A stretch of DNA of 64,000 nt from the human T2T-CHM13v2.0 reference genome, Homo sapiens: the NCBI RefSeq assembly GCF_009914755.1, contig NC_060925.1. The stretch is one strand, 5' to 3'. Below are positions 1 to 12,048 of this stretch, one piece after another (position 1 is the first letter of the stretch; each line of letters starts with the position of its first letter). The position numbers were made by a program, and so were the translations under genes. Under the pieces are notes generated by a model. The model made no database searches. It had not been told where the DNA came from and saw nothing but the letters and a program-made list of their open reading frames with translations.

Positions 1-149
1 ATGAGCCCCAAATGCTACATTCCTTAGGTAGAGTCTAGTAGGGTTCCATTATTTCCTCTCTCAATTCCCGTTACCTCTGATACTGGGACATCCCCAGAGT
101 CTTTGGTAGTCATTAGCATTGTCCATTAAATATTTTCCAGATGCATGAT

Positions 150-490
150 AGGACTTCATTTACTTGCCTAAATAGAAGCAAAAGGGCCACTTTCAGACAG
201 ATGCTCCTAGAGCAGAGATGTGATTCACCACTCTCAGAAAGCAGCTGCTCCATCAGCTTGGTCCCAGAGTGAGGACAATGATGAGCAAGCAATGACGAAC
301 AGGAAGGGAGGAAGGGACTAGCTTAATTGGGTGCAATTAGCCTACATTGACATAGGTCAGGCATTTATTCACCTACCGTCTTGTACTGCCATGCACTAGG
401 GTTGTGAGATGGAGCTTCATTATGTTAAGTCACTAAGATTTGCAGGTTATTGGTTACCACAACATAATCTAGTCTTCCTCGACTGATGCA
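150..490 (+). mobile_element. Old MaLR LTR fragment (MLT1H/J/K-like), 3' end
   Basis: TTAAGTCACTAAGATTTGCAGGTTATTGGTTACCACAACATAATCTAGTCTTCCTCGACTGATGCA resembles the MLT1 3' terminus; 5' boundary uncertain. Confidence 0.55.
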
Positions 491-574
491 GAGCCACTGA
501 AATCGAGTTTTCTCCTCACTAAATCCTCCGGGTGGGGATTCCACAGGGAAAGGTGGCCATGATATGATATTAAC

Positions 575-653
575 ATAGATATATGTACATATGTGTATGT
601 GTTTGTGTGTGATTACATATATATGTGTGCGTGTGCGTGTGTGTGTGTATGTG

Positions 654-700
<47 letters not shown>
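575..700. repeat. Compound (TG)n/(TA)n microsatellite
   Basis: Degenerate TG/CG dinucleotides followed by an uninterrupted (TA)~21 run ending at 700. Confidence 0.95.
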
Positions 701-702
<2 letters not shown>

Positions 703-2105
703 CCCTGCTGCTCCTGCTGCCCTGAGCTAACCTCTGTGGGTGGGGAGACATGGTTCTTCATCCTTACCTGATTTGTTCCTGACACTCTTATCAGTTGGAG
801 CTTGAACCATTGCTTCGCCACCATGTACACCACTTCCTTTGGGGAACTGCTCCTGCCTCACCAGCCTTGAATGCAGGCAGGCTTCCTGCGGCATGAAGAA
901 AGTCCATCTGCAGTAGAAGTGGGTGCTGTCAACATACACAGCAGCAGAAACAAGAGCTATGGAAAGAGAGAAACCTGACAGTTTTGTGAGCTAAGAAATC
1001 TCTCCCGGTTCTTAAACTCATCTCAGGTGTTTATCTAACAGTCGTAACAGAAATAATTCTTACTAATTCATCCAGCAATATTAAATCTTCTCTCTCTGAG
1101 TGATCCTGCTTTCCCATTTTTCTTCCCTTTATGCTATGGTGGCAAGTACACAAGTGACTCCAGGTCCTTGGTCGAGATCTTCTTGGTAAACAGGCACTCA
1201 GCTCTGAGAGCCTCAGGGCTATGCAATCATTAAATTCTCTTAGCCAGAAGTCAGATAGACACGCGCTTCAACTTCCTGAACACAGCTGGAACCAAAGTAA
1301 GTAAAAAGACCTATAAGCAGATAAAATGCAGTCCATACAACTCATACTCAACCTCTTGAATATTACTCTAAGGATTATCTATTCATAAAACCTCAGAGTT
1401 AATTTCCTCTCATTGTACTTAAGATGATAATACTTTCTCAATTTTCTTCTACCTTGGAATATAAGTAGTCAATTCAAAAGGATGGGGAGGGAGTGCTTTT
1501 CCTCTCAGTGGTGGAAAGTGACACTGGCTAGTCCATCAAAGAAGAGTCAGAAAAACTACAAATGACAAGCTAAATGCTTCAAGACTGGGGCCATAAGATG
1601 TTAGAAAAACAGTGTTTTATATAACTAACACCTTCTGTATCTCACTGAACATCATTGCTTTTACAGCTCCGTGCACAAGAAGACGCTACTAGTGGTGACC
1701 CTAAGTCAATATAATGTTAAATTCTGTTTGGGATATTTGGTTTATTAAGGCAGGGGGCTGTTTAAGTTAATTAAAAAATATGATATGATGAATTGTTTCA
1801 AATGCTTGGCATTCAAGAAGTTAAATCCCCATTTTTTTCCTTGGCAAATTTATTTATGTAGAACAGTCTTTCTTTGATAGTGCTGAGTCCATGAAGTGAA
1901 CTGTATTGTTTATCAATATAAATAATTTACAGTACGGACATATTTATCTTGTTTGTGTGCACACTGTTTAGTATGAGATAATGTTTGTGGATGTGTTTTG
2001 TAATCGGTAGAATACAATACAATGTGCTTTATCATCGTACTCCCTGGAAGTCCTGAATGACATTGATATTCATTGGCTTCTTCTTCCTTAGGAATCCCTG
2101 GATGA

Positions 2106-2320
2106 GCCATTCTCAATGTCTAGTGTACATAAAGTTCCACTGGGAAGCTTGTTGAGAGTGCAGATTCCCAAGTCTCATTCTTAGTTATACTGATTTAATT
2201 GATCTGGGGTAGAATCCAGAAACCTGGATTTTAAATAAGGACCACCCCCCTCCCCTGTCCTGCTGTTCCAAATGATTCTCACACAGGCAGTCCAAAGTCT
2301 AACCTTTTACAAAATACAGC
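2106..2320. mobile_element. MER5A/MER5B-like hAT-Charlie MITE
   Basis: TTCTCAA...GGGAAGCTTGTTGAGAGTGCAGATTCCCAAG...ACTGATTTAATTGATCTGGGGTAGAATCCAGAAACCTGGATTTTAAATAAG...TGATTCT. Confidence 0.65.
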
Positions 2321-2879
2321 TCTCTGCTGGTCTACAGCCCCCAGTTGCCCTGGGATGGTTCCCTTTTTCCCACTGGGCCTGAAAGGAAATCTTCCCCTCT
2401 ATACAGTGTCTGTGTCAGAACCCAGACCTGAGTCATTGAACAGAGGGTGGAAATCATAAAATAAAATAGGATCTGGTTGAGGTGACTGGAATAAGTTGGA
2501 GAAAAAAAAAATAAAGACTTCCTAAGTCAAGTTTTAGGTGGTGGTATAATTAGAATTATTATCCATTATTTATGTGGCAGATGATGTTCATGAGGTGCTT
2601 GATGACTCTGTCTTAATAGGCAGTGGTTCTGCTGAAGGAGAAGGTGACATTGGTCTGTTCTTTCCCCCTGCTGCTTCCCTCCCGCTGTCTCTACTCTTCT
2701 ATTGAGCCCAGCTAGTTCTAATGGCAGTTTTGGTTCAGCACCTTACAGGAGTGTGTGACAGAAAAGTGAAGTACAAAATTAAGAGCCTTTGATTTAGCAA
2801 CTGGTGGCCATCTTTGTGTAATGTGCCAGTTGTTTGATAATACTCATGGCCATTCCTTGACCACCATCTCTGTGTTGGA

Positions 2880-3055
2880 CATTTGTCATCTATGATCTCA
2901 TTAAATACTCATAACAGCCTTTCAAGTAGACTTTATCTCTTTAAAGATGAGGAAACTCAGGTTCACAGAGGTTAAGTGACCAGCCCATGGCAACACAGCC
3001 AATAAATAGTGCAACCAGGTGATCTGAATCTAACATGCATCACCTTTCCACTACT
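2880..3055 (-). mobile_element. MIR SINE
   Basis: Core AAAGATGAGGAAACTCAGGTTCACAGAGGTTAAGTGACC. Confidence 0.8.
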
Positions 3056-3156
3056 TGTCCCCAAGAGCTCTCAAAGAAAAGAGCACGTTAGGGCTCTTTT
3101 GTTTCTGTAGGTCATCCTGGATCTCGTTAGTGCTTTGCCCTTATTATGGTCAATAG

Positions 3157-3169
3157 TGACCTTTGCCCT
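3157..3169 (-). promoter_or_regulatory. Perfect DR1 nuclear-receptor element (HNF4A/PPAR-RXR/COUP-TF type)
   Basis: TGACCTTTGCCCT = AGGGCA-A-AGGTCA on minus strand; related CTTTGCCCT copy at 3133-3141. Confidence 0.6.
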
Positions 3170-3209
3170 CTCTTGCCAAATTCATTTAGTCTTCTCTGCT
3201 TTTTCCCAG

Positions 3210-3300
3210 TGTCATGGCCTAGATTGCTCTATAAAGGGGCACTTTTGGCAGAGCAGGGATCCGTCTTAACCCGAAGCTTTCTGAGAACAAAAAGCACTGG
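3210..3300 (+). ncRNA. Candidate non-coding exon (first exon from ~3260, or 91-nt internal exon)
   Basis: Donor TGG|GTACGT at 3300/3301; acceptor CTTCTCTGCTTTTTCCCAG| at 3209; the only ATG is ATG-GCC-TAG. Confidence 0.45.
3230..3236 (+). promoter_or_regulatory. Candidate TATA box
   Basis: TATAAAG about 60 bp downstream of the DR1 and about 65 bp upstream of a splice donor. Confidence 0.5.
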
Positions 3301-4329
3301 GTACGTGTCATCCTTCCTCTGTCAATGAACCCCATGAGCTTTGCTGTTGCCTTTGCTATGACAAGTAATTTTTTCCTTCTTTCACCTGAACATAGCCTTT
3401 CGAAAATCAAGACCTATTATGTAAGGCTGGCATGTCCTAGGAGAAAGGGAAAACACAAAGTTAAGCATAGTCTGTCAAAATCAGGGGCAACTGGGCTTGA
3501 AAAATCCTTGCTCTTCAGGGGCAGTGATATCCCAGTTTAGTGTAATGAAAGTCATCATGCCCAGTGTCGTCTAACAATCTGACTTTAATGGGGTTACTAT
3601 AGCTGGGGTAAAGCATTTTATATGGAACCAGGTTTACATTATCCTACTCTTTAGAGATCTTGCTTGCAATGCTGTTCAAATCCTTTAATCCATAAATAGG
3701 ATTCCAGACAGCACTGGGCTGCCTTCCAAAACTGTAATCTTCCAGTATATGAATTATTACCAAAAGATTAGGGTGTTTCTAGTAATAACATTTCAAATAA
3801 ATCAGCTTTCATGGAGGAACAACAAACTAATATTGGAAATAACAATATAAAGACATTTATATAGCCACTTGCTAGAATAACTTCCCTAACCAGGGGCTTC
3901 TTTTCTCATTTACATTCATTCTGTTCGAAAAGTCTTTTTTCATTTATTGTCAGCTGCTGGCTTTAGCCTTAAAGCATGCCACATGTTCTCTTGTCCTGGG
4001 ACTCTTTGATGCCTGTGAAATCAGCAGTTCTGTCTACCTAGGGATGGTCAGAGATGTTGACTACTCTCCCTAGAAACTCTAGGTCCCTTTGGTCTTTCTC
4101 TTTGACTCTGAGGAAGTGTGTAGGAAAAGCTACATTTACATTTCAGGCTGGAAAATACTCTTTCGGGGCTTCATATCAAAGATTATAAATGAGATTGTGA
4201 TGTAGAAGAAAGAGTTCCTTGCATGGCTTTAGGGATTGAGTCCTTTTTGGTGGCACAGAGATCTGTTGACAGTAAAGATTTACTCAGCATGTATACACCA
4301 TGGTGATGACCCCAAGGCTGTGTGATGTG

Positions 4330-4502
4330 AGCAGACAGGACTTGCCTTATACCTTGATGAATTCTGGCTACATTGCTCAGCAGTCTTAGGAACACTGGGC
4401 AACTTTCTTCACCCCTTTGTTCCTCTATTTTCTCATCTATAAAATGGGGATATGTACTACCCTATGGGGTTATTGAAGTTAAATGAAGTATCAGTGGTAA
4501 AG
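4330..4502 (+). mobile_element. MIR SINE
   Basis: CTCTATTTTCTCATCTATAAAATGGGGATA...TTAAATGAAG. Confidence 0.7.
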
Positions 4503-4884
4503 TCAGAACTCCATACTATGAGTTTTTTCGTCTCCTTTTTACTGTTCTTTTAAACCATTTGAGTTCATGGTGATGCGGCTGATAGATAGTGAGGAGCTTG
4601 CCTCTCTTAGCCACAGATGGCTGCTTTGAGAAATACCTCCAGGCTAGAAGCAAAGATATTTGCTTAATGCCCATTTCTGTGACTCATGTCTGTGACCTTG
4701 AGAGAGTTGTCACACTTCTGGATCTCCATTCCATCTGCTATTAGAGAAAGTGTCTAGCTCCTTTCTACCTTGTTAGGTGAGAAGGCAGTAAAGTCAGTAT
4801 TCATATATGAGCTCACATTTTAAGGAGACATTTCATAGTCATAGAATTTTAATGCTAGTAGAGGTTATCTAGGAAGAAGAGGAA

Positions 4885-5110
4885 TTAACATTTATTAAAA
4901 GTACTCACCATGTTCAAAGTACTTATATGCTTTGCCATATTTAATTTTAACAACCTCATTAGGGAGGTGGAGTTATGCCCAATTTACAGATGTGGAAGCT
5001 GAGGCTCAGAGAGTCACTTTTAGTTAATTTACTCCAGATTGCACAGCTAAGATGTGGTGGAGACAGACCTCAAAAATTATATAACTCCAAAGTCTTCCTA
5101 TTGCACTGTT
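4885..5110 (-). mobile_element. MIR SINE
   Basis: AACATTTATT...TTTACAGATGTGGAAGCTGAGGCTCAGAGAG. Confidence 0.75.
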
Positions 5111-6264
5111 TTTACCCTCCATGATTCTTATTTTACAGATGACCAACAGAACTGGACTTAAATCATTCATCCATGGACTTAGCTGGTTAGTGAAAAATGC
5201 AGGACTAGAACCTGAGTTTCCTGACGGCTATTCCTGTGCACCAGCTCCCCACCCAGCCCTGAGAATTGGTAGACATCGTCTAATGTCACCGTATGTCTTA
5301 TATTATTATTTCAAAGACGTTTTGTTTTCATTTCTGATGGCTTTTCTACAGACACAGGCTCCTGACATTTTAGTTCTAAGACTCTCTTCTTATATGAAAA
5401 GGTTGGAATAGTTGATTTCTTTGGTTCCTGCTAGCTCAAAAATTCTATTATTCCTATGACCCTCCATTCCCCATAGTAGTTAATGATCTGTAAAGAAACA
5501 CTTAAATGCACCGGTTTACTACCTTCTCACTGCAATCTAGAGGGAAGCCAGCTATTAATTTTTTTTTTCAAAAGGGAGATCTGAGACCCACATTGCTTGA
5601 GCAACTAACTCAAGGACATAGCTCATCAGTGGCAGAGCCAGGCCTGGAATGCTCGAAGGAGATTGTGTTTTGTTCACCTGTTAATCTCAACCCTTAGCAG
5701 AGGGGCTACTTGTTTACAGTAGAATAAATATGCTCATGCATTAATGAGCCATGAGTGAAGTTGAACCCAGGCTCCCCAACCCCCAGTATAGGCTTCCATT
5801 AGCAGGTCCCTTTTCCCCCAAACCTTTCGTAATGAAGGAGATTTGCCTGTTTGCTAAGTGCTTCATATGTTAGGTTTCCTAAAAGCAAAGTGGCTCCACA
5901 GAGTACATTTCAAAAAGTGGAGGTCTTATTTGTTATTTGCAGATCACTGGGGTGGCAGGTCTGAATTCAGACCTGGGAGGATGGATGAGTGAATTTGCAC
6001 ACACCACTCCAATCTACTTCTACTCTTTCAATTTAAGGCAGCATTATTATATTATTAATGGGATGGGAGAGGGGATGCCTGGAGAAGAGATATTTGTGAA
6101 ATGTCTCTTCAGATTAAAGGAGCTTTGAAATGGAAAGCATTAGCCCTCTGATTAACTGAGCCCTGCACTTTACATTTTGGACTTTAAAATAAAAAAGAAA
6201 AGAGAAAAATCACCACTGTGTTTTTGGAAGCTTGTGTCATTTTTTTTTTCCTTTCCCTTTCCAG

Positions 6265-6392
6265 CCTTCCGCTTAGCTGCCCCGAAAGGCAGGCAATGAT
6301 GAATGGCGCCTACTACAAAAGAAAGCCGCAGGCACACATGGGCCCGGTGTTGTTTCTGTCAGGGCAGCTCAAAGGGAAGGCCGCACCACACG
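6265..6392 (+). other. Candidate 128-nt spliced exon (lncRNA or 5'UTR/alternative N-terminal exon)
   Basis: Long pyrimidine tract TTTTTTTTTTCCTTTCCCTTTCCAG| at 6264; consensus donor ACG|GTGAGT at 6392/6393; unique sequence with retained CpGs. Confidence 0.5.
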
Positions 6393-7868
6393 GTGAGTTC
6401 CCCTTTTCTCCCTAAACAAATGTTGTTTTTACTGAAGTGGGGCCGGTCTGATTTACTTACAGGGGGAGAGAGAAAGAGACCATCCATTCTTCTGCTCCAT
6501 GGAGAAGAGACATTGGCAGGCTTGGGTGGGATGAGAACCAGAATGCACCAGTCCTCAGGGCCCCTGGCTCAATTACTCTTTCTGCCTTGGTTTCCCCATC
6601 TGTCAAAACCAAAACAAAGCTTTCCTAGCTGTCTCAGGGGGTGTGGAAGGACTGCTTTTATAAATTAATCTGATGACACAAAGTGTGGGAAAGGGCAGAA
6701 AGGGGCATGAGAGGGTCTGTGCCAACCAGCGGCAATGACTTCATACATTTGTTTTCTGTCAGTATGAGAGGTGGGGACAGGGCTGGGTAAATGACAAGGG
6801 CTGAAACATATTTTTCCTTGGGGATTTTTTGGAATAGACCAGGTGCCACTCTTCATTTCCCCAAACACAGGCAAAGATACTATTGTTTAGATGATATTTA
6901 AAATCATGAAGGCAGAGGAATGGACTTGACCTCCAGAAGACCTTTCTCAGATCAGGATTCTGGGACACAGATTTTCGCAAGCAAGTCTGTGCTCTGGGCA
7001 CTGAAGACAATGCATCTTCATTGAAAGGCGCTCCATCCTTCTCCCAGCTTGCAGCACAGGGCTGGTTCCACTCATTAGCGGGCAGGCCCGTTTCTCAGGC
7101 GCTGGCCTGCTCTTCTTAAGCAACTATTGTCTCCTTTCCTATTCAGCTGTCAGCTCATTCCCTATGATGCTGCTGACTTTCAGCCTGAAAAGGGTCTTTT
7201 CCCTGCTGGGCAGTGAGGCAAGCTCCACCCAAGGGGTTGCAGCCCCTCCTCTCTGCTTCAGAGAAAGAGCCGGCATCCTCCTAATACCATCCAGTGATCT
7301 TAGCTGGCCCTAACCCAGTGAAAATAAGGAGATGTGAAGATGAGTACATTAATAACTCTTATTCATATTTCTAGATACCTCTAGGGTTGGGTAGACAGCT
7401 TATGTGGAGGCAAAATATATTAGTTTAGGAGTAAAAAACATGAAACATGATGACAAATCCACCAAGGGTCAAATGAACCATGCATTTATTTTTAGAGATT
7501 AGGCAAAACCCCAAAGATTCCATGCAATATTACCTGGGAGAAGTACTAAGGCTAAAAGGCCAGATTCTGAGGTTCTTGTTTTCACTGTGGAACTGACCAG
7601 TTAGTTTATCTGAGTCCAACATGTTGCAAGGCTAGTGACTGATGATAAATCACTTGGCCAGAGGGTGAGCCTAATGCCTCTCTGTACCAGCTTAAAAACA
7701 GATCTACTCATAGACGTATTGTGTTTTATGGTACATAAAAGAGTAGCAGTCTTAAATTTGGAAAATTGTATTATTCTCTAGACACACCTCTCACTAGTTT
7801 GCCTTCTGGATTCCAATTTATATTAAAATAGATTGAGAAAAGAGGAAGCAGAAAAAATATTGTAATTC

Positions 7869-8168
7869 TTTTTTTTTTTTTTTGGAGCAGGGTCTTGCTC
7901 TGTTGCCCAGGCTGTAGTGCAGTGGTATGAACATAGCTCACTGTAACCTTGAACTCTTGGGCTCAAGAGATCCTCCCACCTCAGTCTGCTGAGTAGTTAG
8001 GACTGCAGGTGCATGCCACCACACCCAGCTAATTTTTTAAAAAAAATTATGTAGAGACAAGGTCTCGCTTTGCTTCCCAGGCTGGTCTCAAACTCCTGGC
8101 CTCAAGTAATCCTCCTGCCTGGCCTCACAAAGTGTTGGGATTACAGGCATGAGCCACTGTGCCTGGCT
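7869..8168 (-). mobile_element. AluJ
   Basis: Full dimer, poly-T at left end; TSD TTGTAATTCT at 7860-7869 and 8169-8178. Confidence 0.95.
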
Positions 8169-10149
8169 TTGTAATTCTATATAAACTGGAGTTTTAGTGA
8201 TCATTATTGAGAAAATATTTCCAAAAAATGAAAAATAATATATTGCAACCCCCAAACCAGTCATCTTTCTCTTTCCTCCTGGGGTGGCTCCAGGTAAACC
8301 TTGTTTGGAATGCCCCGGACAGGACAGACTGGCTGCAGCATTGCTATAGCATCTCTCCTGGGCTTGCTGGTGATGGAGGCAGGTGAAATCGTGGCTTGGG
8401 GAAGATAGAAAGGTGAAAAGTTCATGATATACTTGAAGCTGAAACAATGAAAATTGTATATCCATTAGAGGGAAGAGAAGAGGGAATTTCTAAAATTGCT
8501 AATGGGACTAATTTGCCCATTTTCCCTTGAGAGGCAGGTTCATCCCACACTTCAGGATGTTATGGATCTCTTGCAGTTTCCTGCTGTCTTACGAATTTTC
8601 TGTCACGTGGCATCTCTTTTCTCCCTTGCTTTATTCTTTGGCATCCCTTTTCTCCACCTCAGGCTTCCAGATAATCAGCCTCATGATGCCAGGTGACTTG
8701 CTCCCGTTCAGCATAATTGAGTCTTCACATTCACTTGAAACTTGGGGCCCTTTGGAGCTGGCCAATCCTGGTAATTAAAATGTACCCTTCATCTTTAATT
8801 GCTTCATTTAACATCTAGTGCAATGGTTTAGGAGGGCATGTGCCCTCTGCAACGATCTGGTGTGCCCCAGATAACTGACAAGCAGCACCTCTTGCCCCTG
8901 GCTCAGGAAGATTAGTCTGTTTGGGGGCTGGGCATCTTCAAATTCCAGCCATCCTTTGACCCACTGTGCTTTCTCACTTGCTTGGGAAATGTAATTTTAA
9001 TTTCCTCTGCCTTCCTGGGTGTCAAGTGGGGACAGTGTCTGCCCCACCCTCACATACAGAGAAGATATTACATCTCCCAGGAAACTTATCATTGCACAGA
9101 CCACACACTCTTACCTGAATCAGGGTGCAAGGGAGTGGGGAGAAGCTTAGGGCTGGAAGGGAAAAATCTGAGTCTGAGTTGCAACTCTGCTAGTTCCTAA
9201 GGGGGATGTGGGGGCCAGGCCCTTGCTGCATTCCCTCAAGTCTCACTCTCCTTTCTTGCAAATGGTGCAGTGACACCCACACCACAAGGTTACTGGGGGG
9301 ACTAAATGAAGCAAGTGAGAGAAGTTTGGTAATGCCTTAAACAGATGAAAAAAAAAATGTAAGTTAAGATTGTGGCACAGAGGCCATCTGGGATCATGAG
9401 TGTGACTAAAAGAGATGGCCTCTCCCTTGCATCCTTTAAGCATGGCTGTGGGAGGGACAGCGGAAGAACCAGGCATGAGTTGGGTATGGCAGGAGGGGGT
9501 GATGATGCTTACAGGGGGAGTGCTGCTGCAGGTGGCCTCAAGGTCATGATTCTTTGCCTCCTCTTCTCTATATTGATTCTCCTAAAGAAAGTTTGTTGGG
9601 TGGCAGGGGCAGGCCCCTTCCTGCCAGAGGGATTTCATGGTGCCACTGGAAATCATGGATGAGGTGGCAGGAATAGGGAGCAGAATCTCTTGCTGGTAAT
9701 TTGAAGAATTGGTCAATGTGAAAAGATAGGATTACATTTTCACAAATAATTTCATATGTTTAAGTCCCTTGGAGAAAGTCTAGCAAAGTGGTTGAGCATT
9801 CCTGGGAGCAGAGAAAATTATGTTGGTGTTACTAAGACGTCTCCAAGTTGAAAGTGTAGAAAAAAAGGTAAAAGTACTGCCATGTCCCTCTGAAATTTTA
9901 AACGAGCTTAACGATACTTTGAATTGAGCAACTTCTACCTCTTAAGCATCAAAAAATATTAGAGCTTCCATTTGTAGAACATGTGTGCGTTTGTGTGCAT
10001 TCCTGTGGGTACCTGTGCACATTTGGGTGGATGGGATATGGGGAGAGGAGAATCCTTCATCTGGATGGGGATGAGATGATATGGGAAGAAAATGCTAAGA
10101 GCTGGGCATTTTGAACTGGCCTGGTGATTTGGAGAAAAATTGACCCTCG

Positions 10150-10341
10150 GTGAATGACAGATTTTGCAAATAAAAATACAGGATGCCCAGTTAAATTTGA
10201 ATTTCAGATAAACAACAAATACCTTTTTAGTATACATAAGTAGCATGAAATATTTAGAACATACTTATAGTAAATAATTATTTGTTGTTTATCTGCAATT
10301 CAAATTTGGATGGGCATCCTGTGTTTTATCTGGCAACCCTA
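10150..10341. mobile_element. MER53 palindromic hAT MITE
   Basis: 43-bp inverted arms 10179-10221 and 10279-10321 (4 mismatches); terminus ATCTGGCAACCCTA. Confidence 0.9.
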
Positions 10342-10594
10342 CTTGGGGTAGAGTGGTGTGCAATAGCAGTGTCTTTGGACTATGAAAGAAGTATACAACT
10401 ATTAGTGTTCTTCCAGTGTTTATGGTGTCTATAAGAACCAGAAACTTGGGAGCAGAAGGTTTAAGACCTTGTACCCAATCAAGTGTTTGGAAAATATTTT
10501 GTCATATACTGGAGAATAATGAATATGTTGAGAAAACCACCTGGTTATTCAGCACAGAATCACAGAATTCTGCATTTATTCAACACCAATCTTT

Positions 10595-10680
10595 TTAAAT
10601 CCTTTCATTAACAAAGCATTTATTGAGCACCTAATATATCCCAGACATTCTGTTTGCTGCTTGAGTAACTAAGATAGAAA
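10595..10680 (-). mobile_element. L2 3' end fragment
   Basis: CATTAACAAAGCATTTATTGAGCACCTAATATATCCCAGACA. Confidence 0.65.
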
Positions 10681-11207
10681 GCCAATTGTTATACTATGTT
10701 AGTTGGACTGCTTAGATTATAAGGAAAAAGGGGAGATCCATTCAAGAAAATCGAAGATGTCTTTTTCTCAGATAGTACATGTTTATCTCAGATTTCCTCT
10801 AAATTTCTGTTCTGTTCTCTTTTCTGCCAGCCAGCGTTTTCTGCTTACTCATTTTCCTCATGATCCCAAATGTCTACCATGGTAGCTAAAATTATACAGC
10901 CTTCCAGTTCCAACACCCACCCTCAGTATTGGCAAGTATGACTACTTATTTTAAATCCTTGGAGAGAATTGAGTTGGCCAGCTTGTCTTTTAAATACTCT
11001 GTCATAGGGTGCTCTGCAGATTTTGCTTTCCTGGCTCTTGGGTCAAGTGTCCACCCCAGTTCAATCAGCTGTGACCAGGAGAAGGGGCAAGATGGTGCTG
11101 CAGATTGTCTAGTATATTCAAAGTAATTGTCTAGCTCCTTACTTTCTCTTCTTCTCACACGTTTAGTTCCAAAAATGTCCCTGCCTCAGTAAGCAATTAT
11201 TTTTAAA

Positions 11208-11447
11208 GCTTAGTGGTAAAAAGTATAGACTATGGAGTCAGACTGACTGGATTTGGAACGTGGTTCCATCATTTTAGTTTTATTCTGCCCTTAAGAAAGT
11301 TATTTAAACCTTTCTATGCCTTAGTGTCCTCACCCATAAAATTAGGATAAAGAGAAGAACCACCTCATAGAGTTGTTGTACAAATACATGGAAAGCACTT
11401 AGGATGGATCAGAAGGTGAGCACTTAAGGAATAGTGGCTATCATTAT
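11208..11447 (+). mobile_element. MIR SINE, near full length
   Basis: TAGTGGTAAAAAGTATAGACTATGGAGTCAGACTG...ACCTCATAGAGTTGTTGT...GGCTATCATTAT. Confidence 0.8.
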
Positions 11448-12048
11448 CAGCATTTTCACATATACAGGCACGCATTGACTCAGCCTCTTCCCATTAGGAG
11501 AAAATACGATGTCGTGACCTGTATTGCATCCAGAGTTTAAGTCAAAGGGCCACTTCAAAGGCTTATTTTCTAGGTGAACTCCATTTATTCCCTGGTAGCA
11601 TTCCAATAGACTTAAAATGGTATATTTAATCAATATAAAATACCAGAGCAAAACACAAATTATGATAATAAAGAAACAAAATATAATAAAATTGTAATAC
11701 TGATTCTTACTCAGAAAAAGAGGGAGAAAAACATTATAGAACACCCACCTTATCTTGCAGGAGAGTCCTTCAGCCTTGCATATACGGTATCGTTTTGTTC
11801 CTCTAACAGGATCCATTTGTTGGTGATAAACTATTGGAAGAAGTTTGGGTAGCCCAGGCCTCTTTCTAAGACCTATTCCAGTTGGTGCATGCAAAGGCCA
11901 GCATCTGTTAAAATAAGGCTGAGTCTTTTAAGAACAGCCTAGCACCTTTTACAAAAAACAGCCACTTGCCCACAGACACAGCTATAAAAAGCTGTTACTG
12001 TCCTGCAAAGGTCAAATCCCATGTGGCCCATGGAAGCCTCAAGCCTCT

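Noticed and set aside
425-833. ORFs with IYIYIY/THTH runs
   Set aside because: Translations of the (TA)/(TG) microsatellite.
1244-1296. Exon-like segment (CTCTTAG| ... AAA|GTAAGT), and the strong acceptor at 17054
   Set aside because: Short pyrimidine tract in the first case and no good matching donor in the second; indistinguishable from background pseudo-exons.
3148-3161. GGTCA-ATAG-TGACC as an estrogen response element
   Set aside because: Spacer is 4 nt rather than 3; the overlapping DR1 explains the right half-site better.
6670-6692. Hammerhead-ribozyme-like core CTGATGA-CACA-AAG-TGTG-GGAAA
   Set aside because: Extra G before GAAA, no G-C closing pair for stem II, and no stems I/III with a UH cleavage site found.
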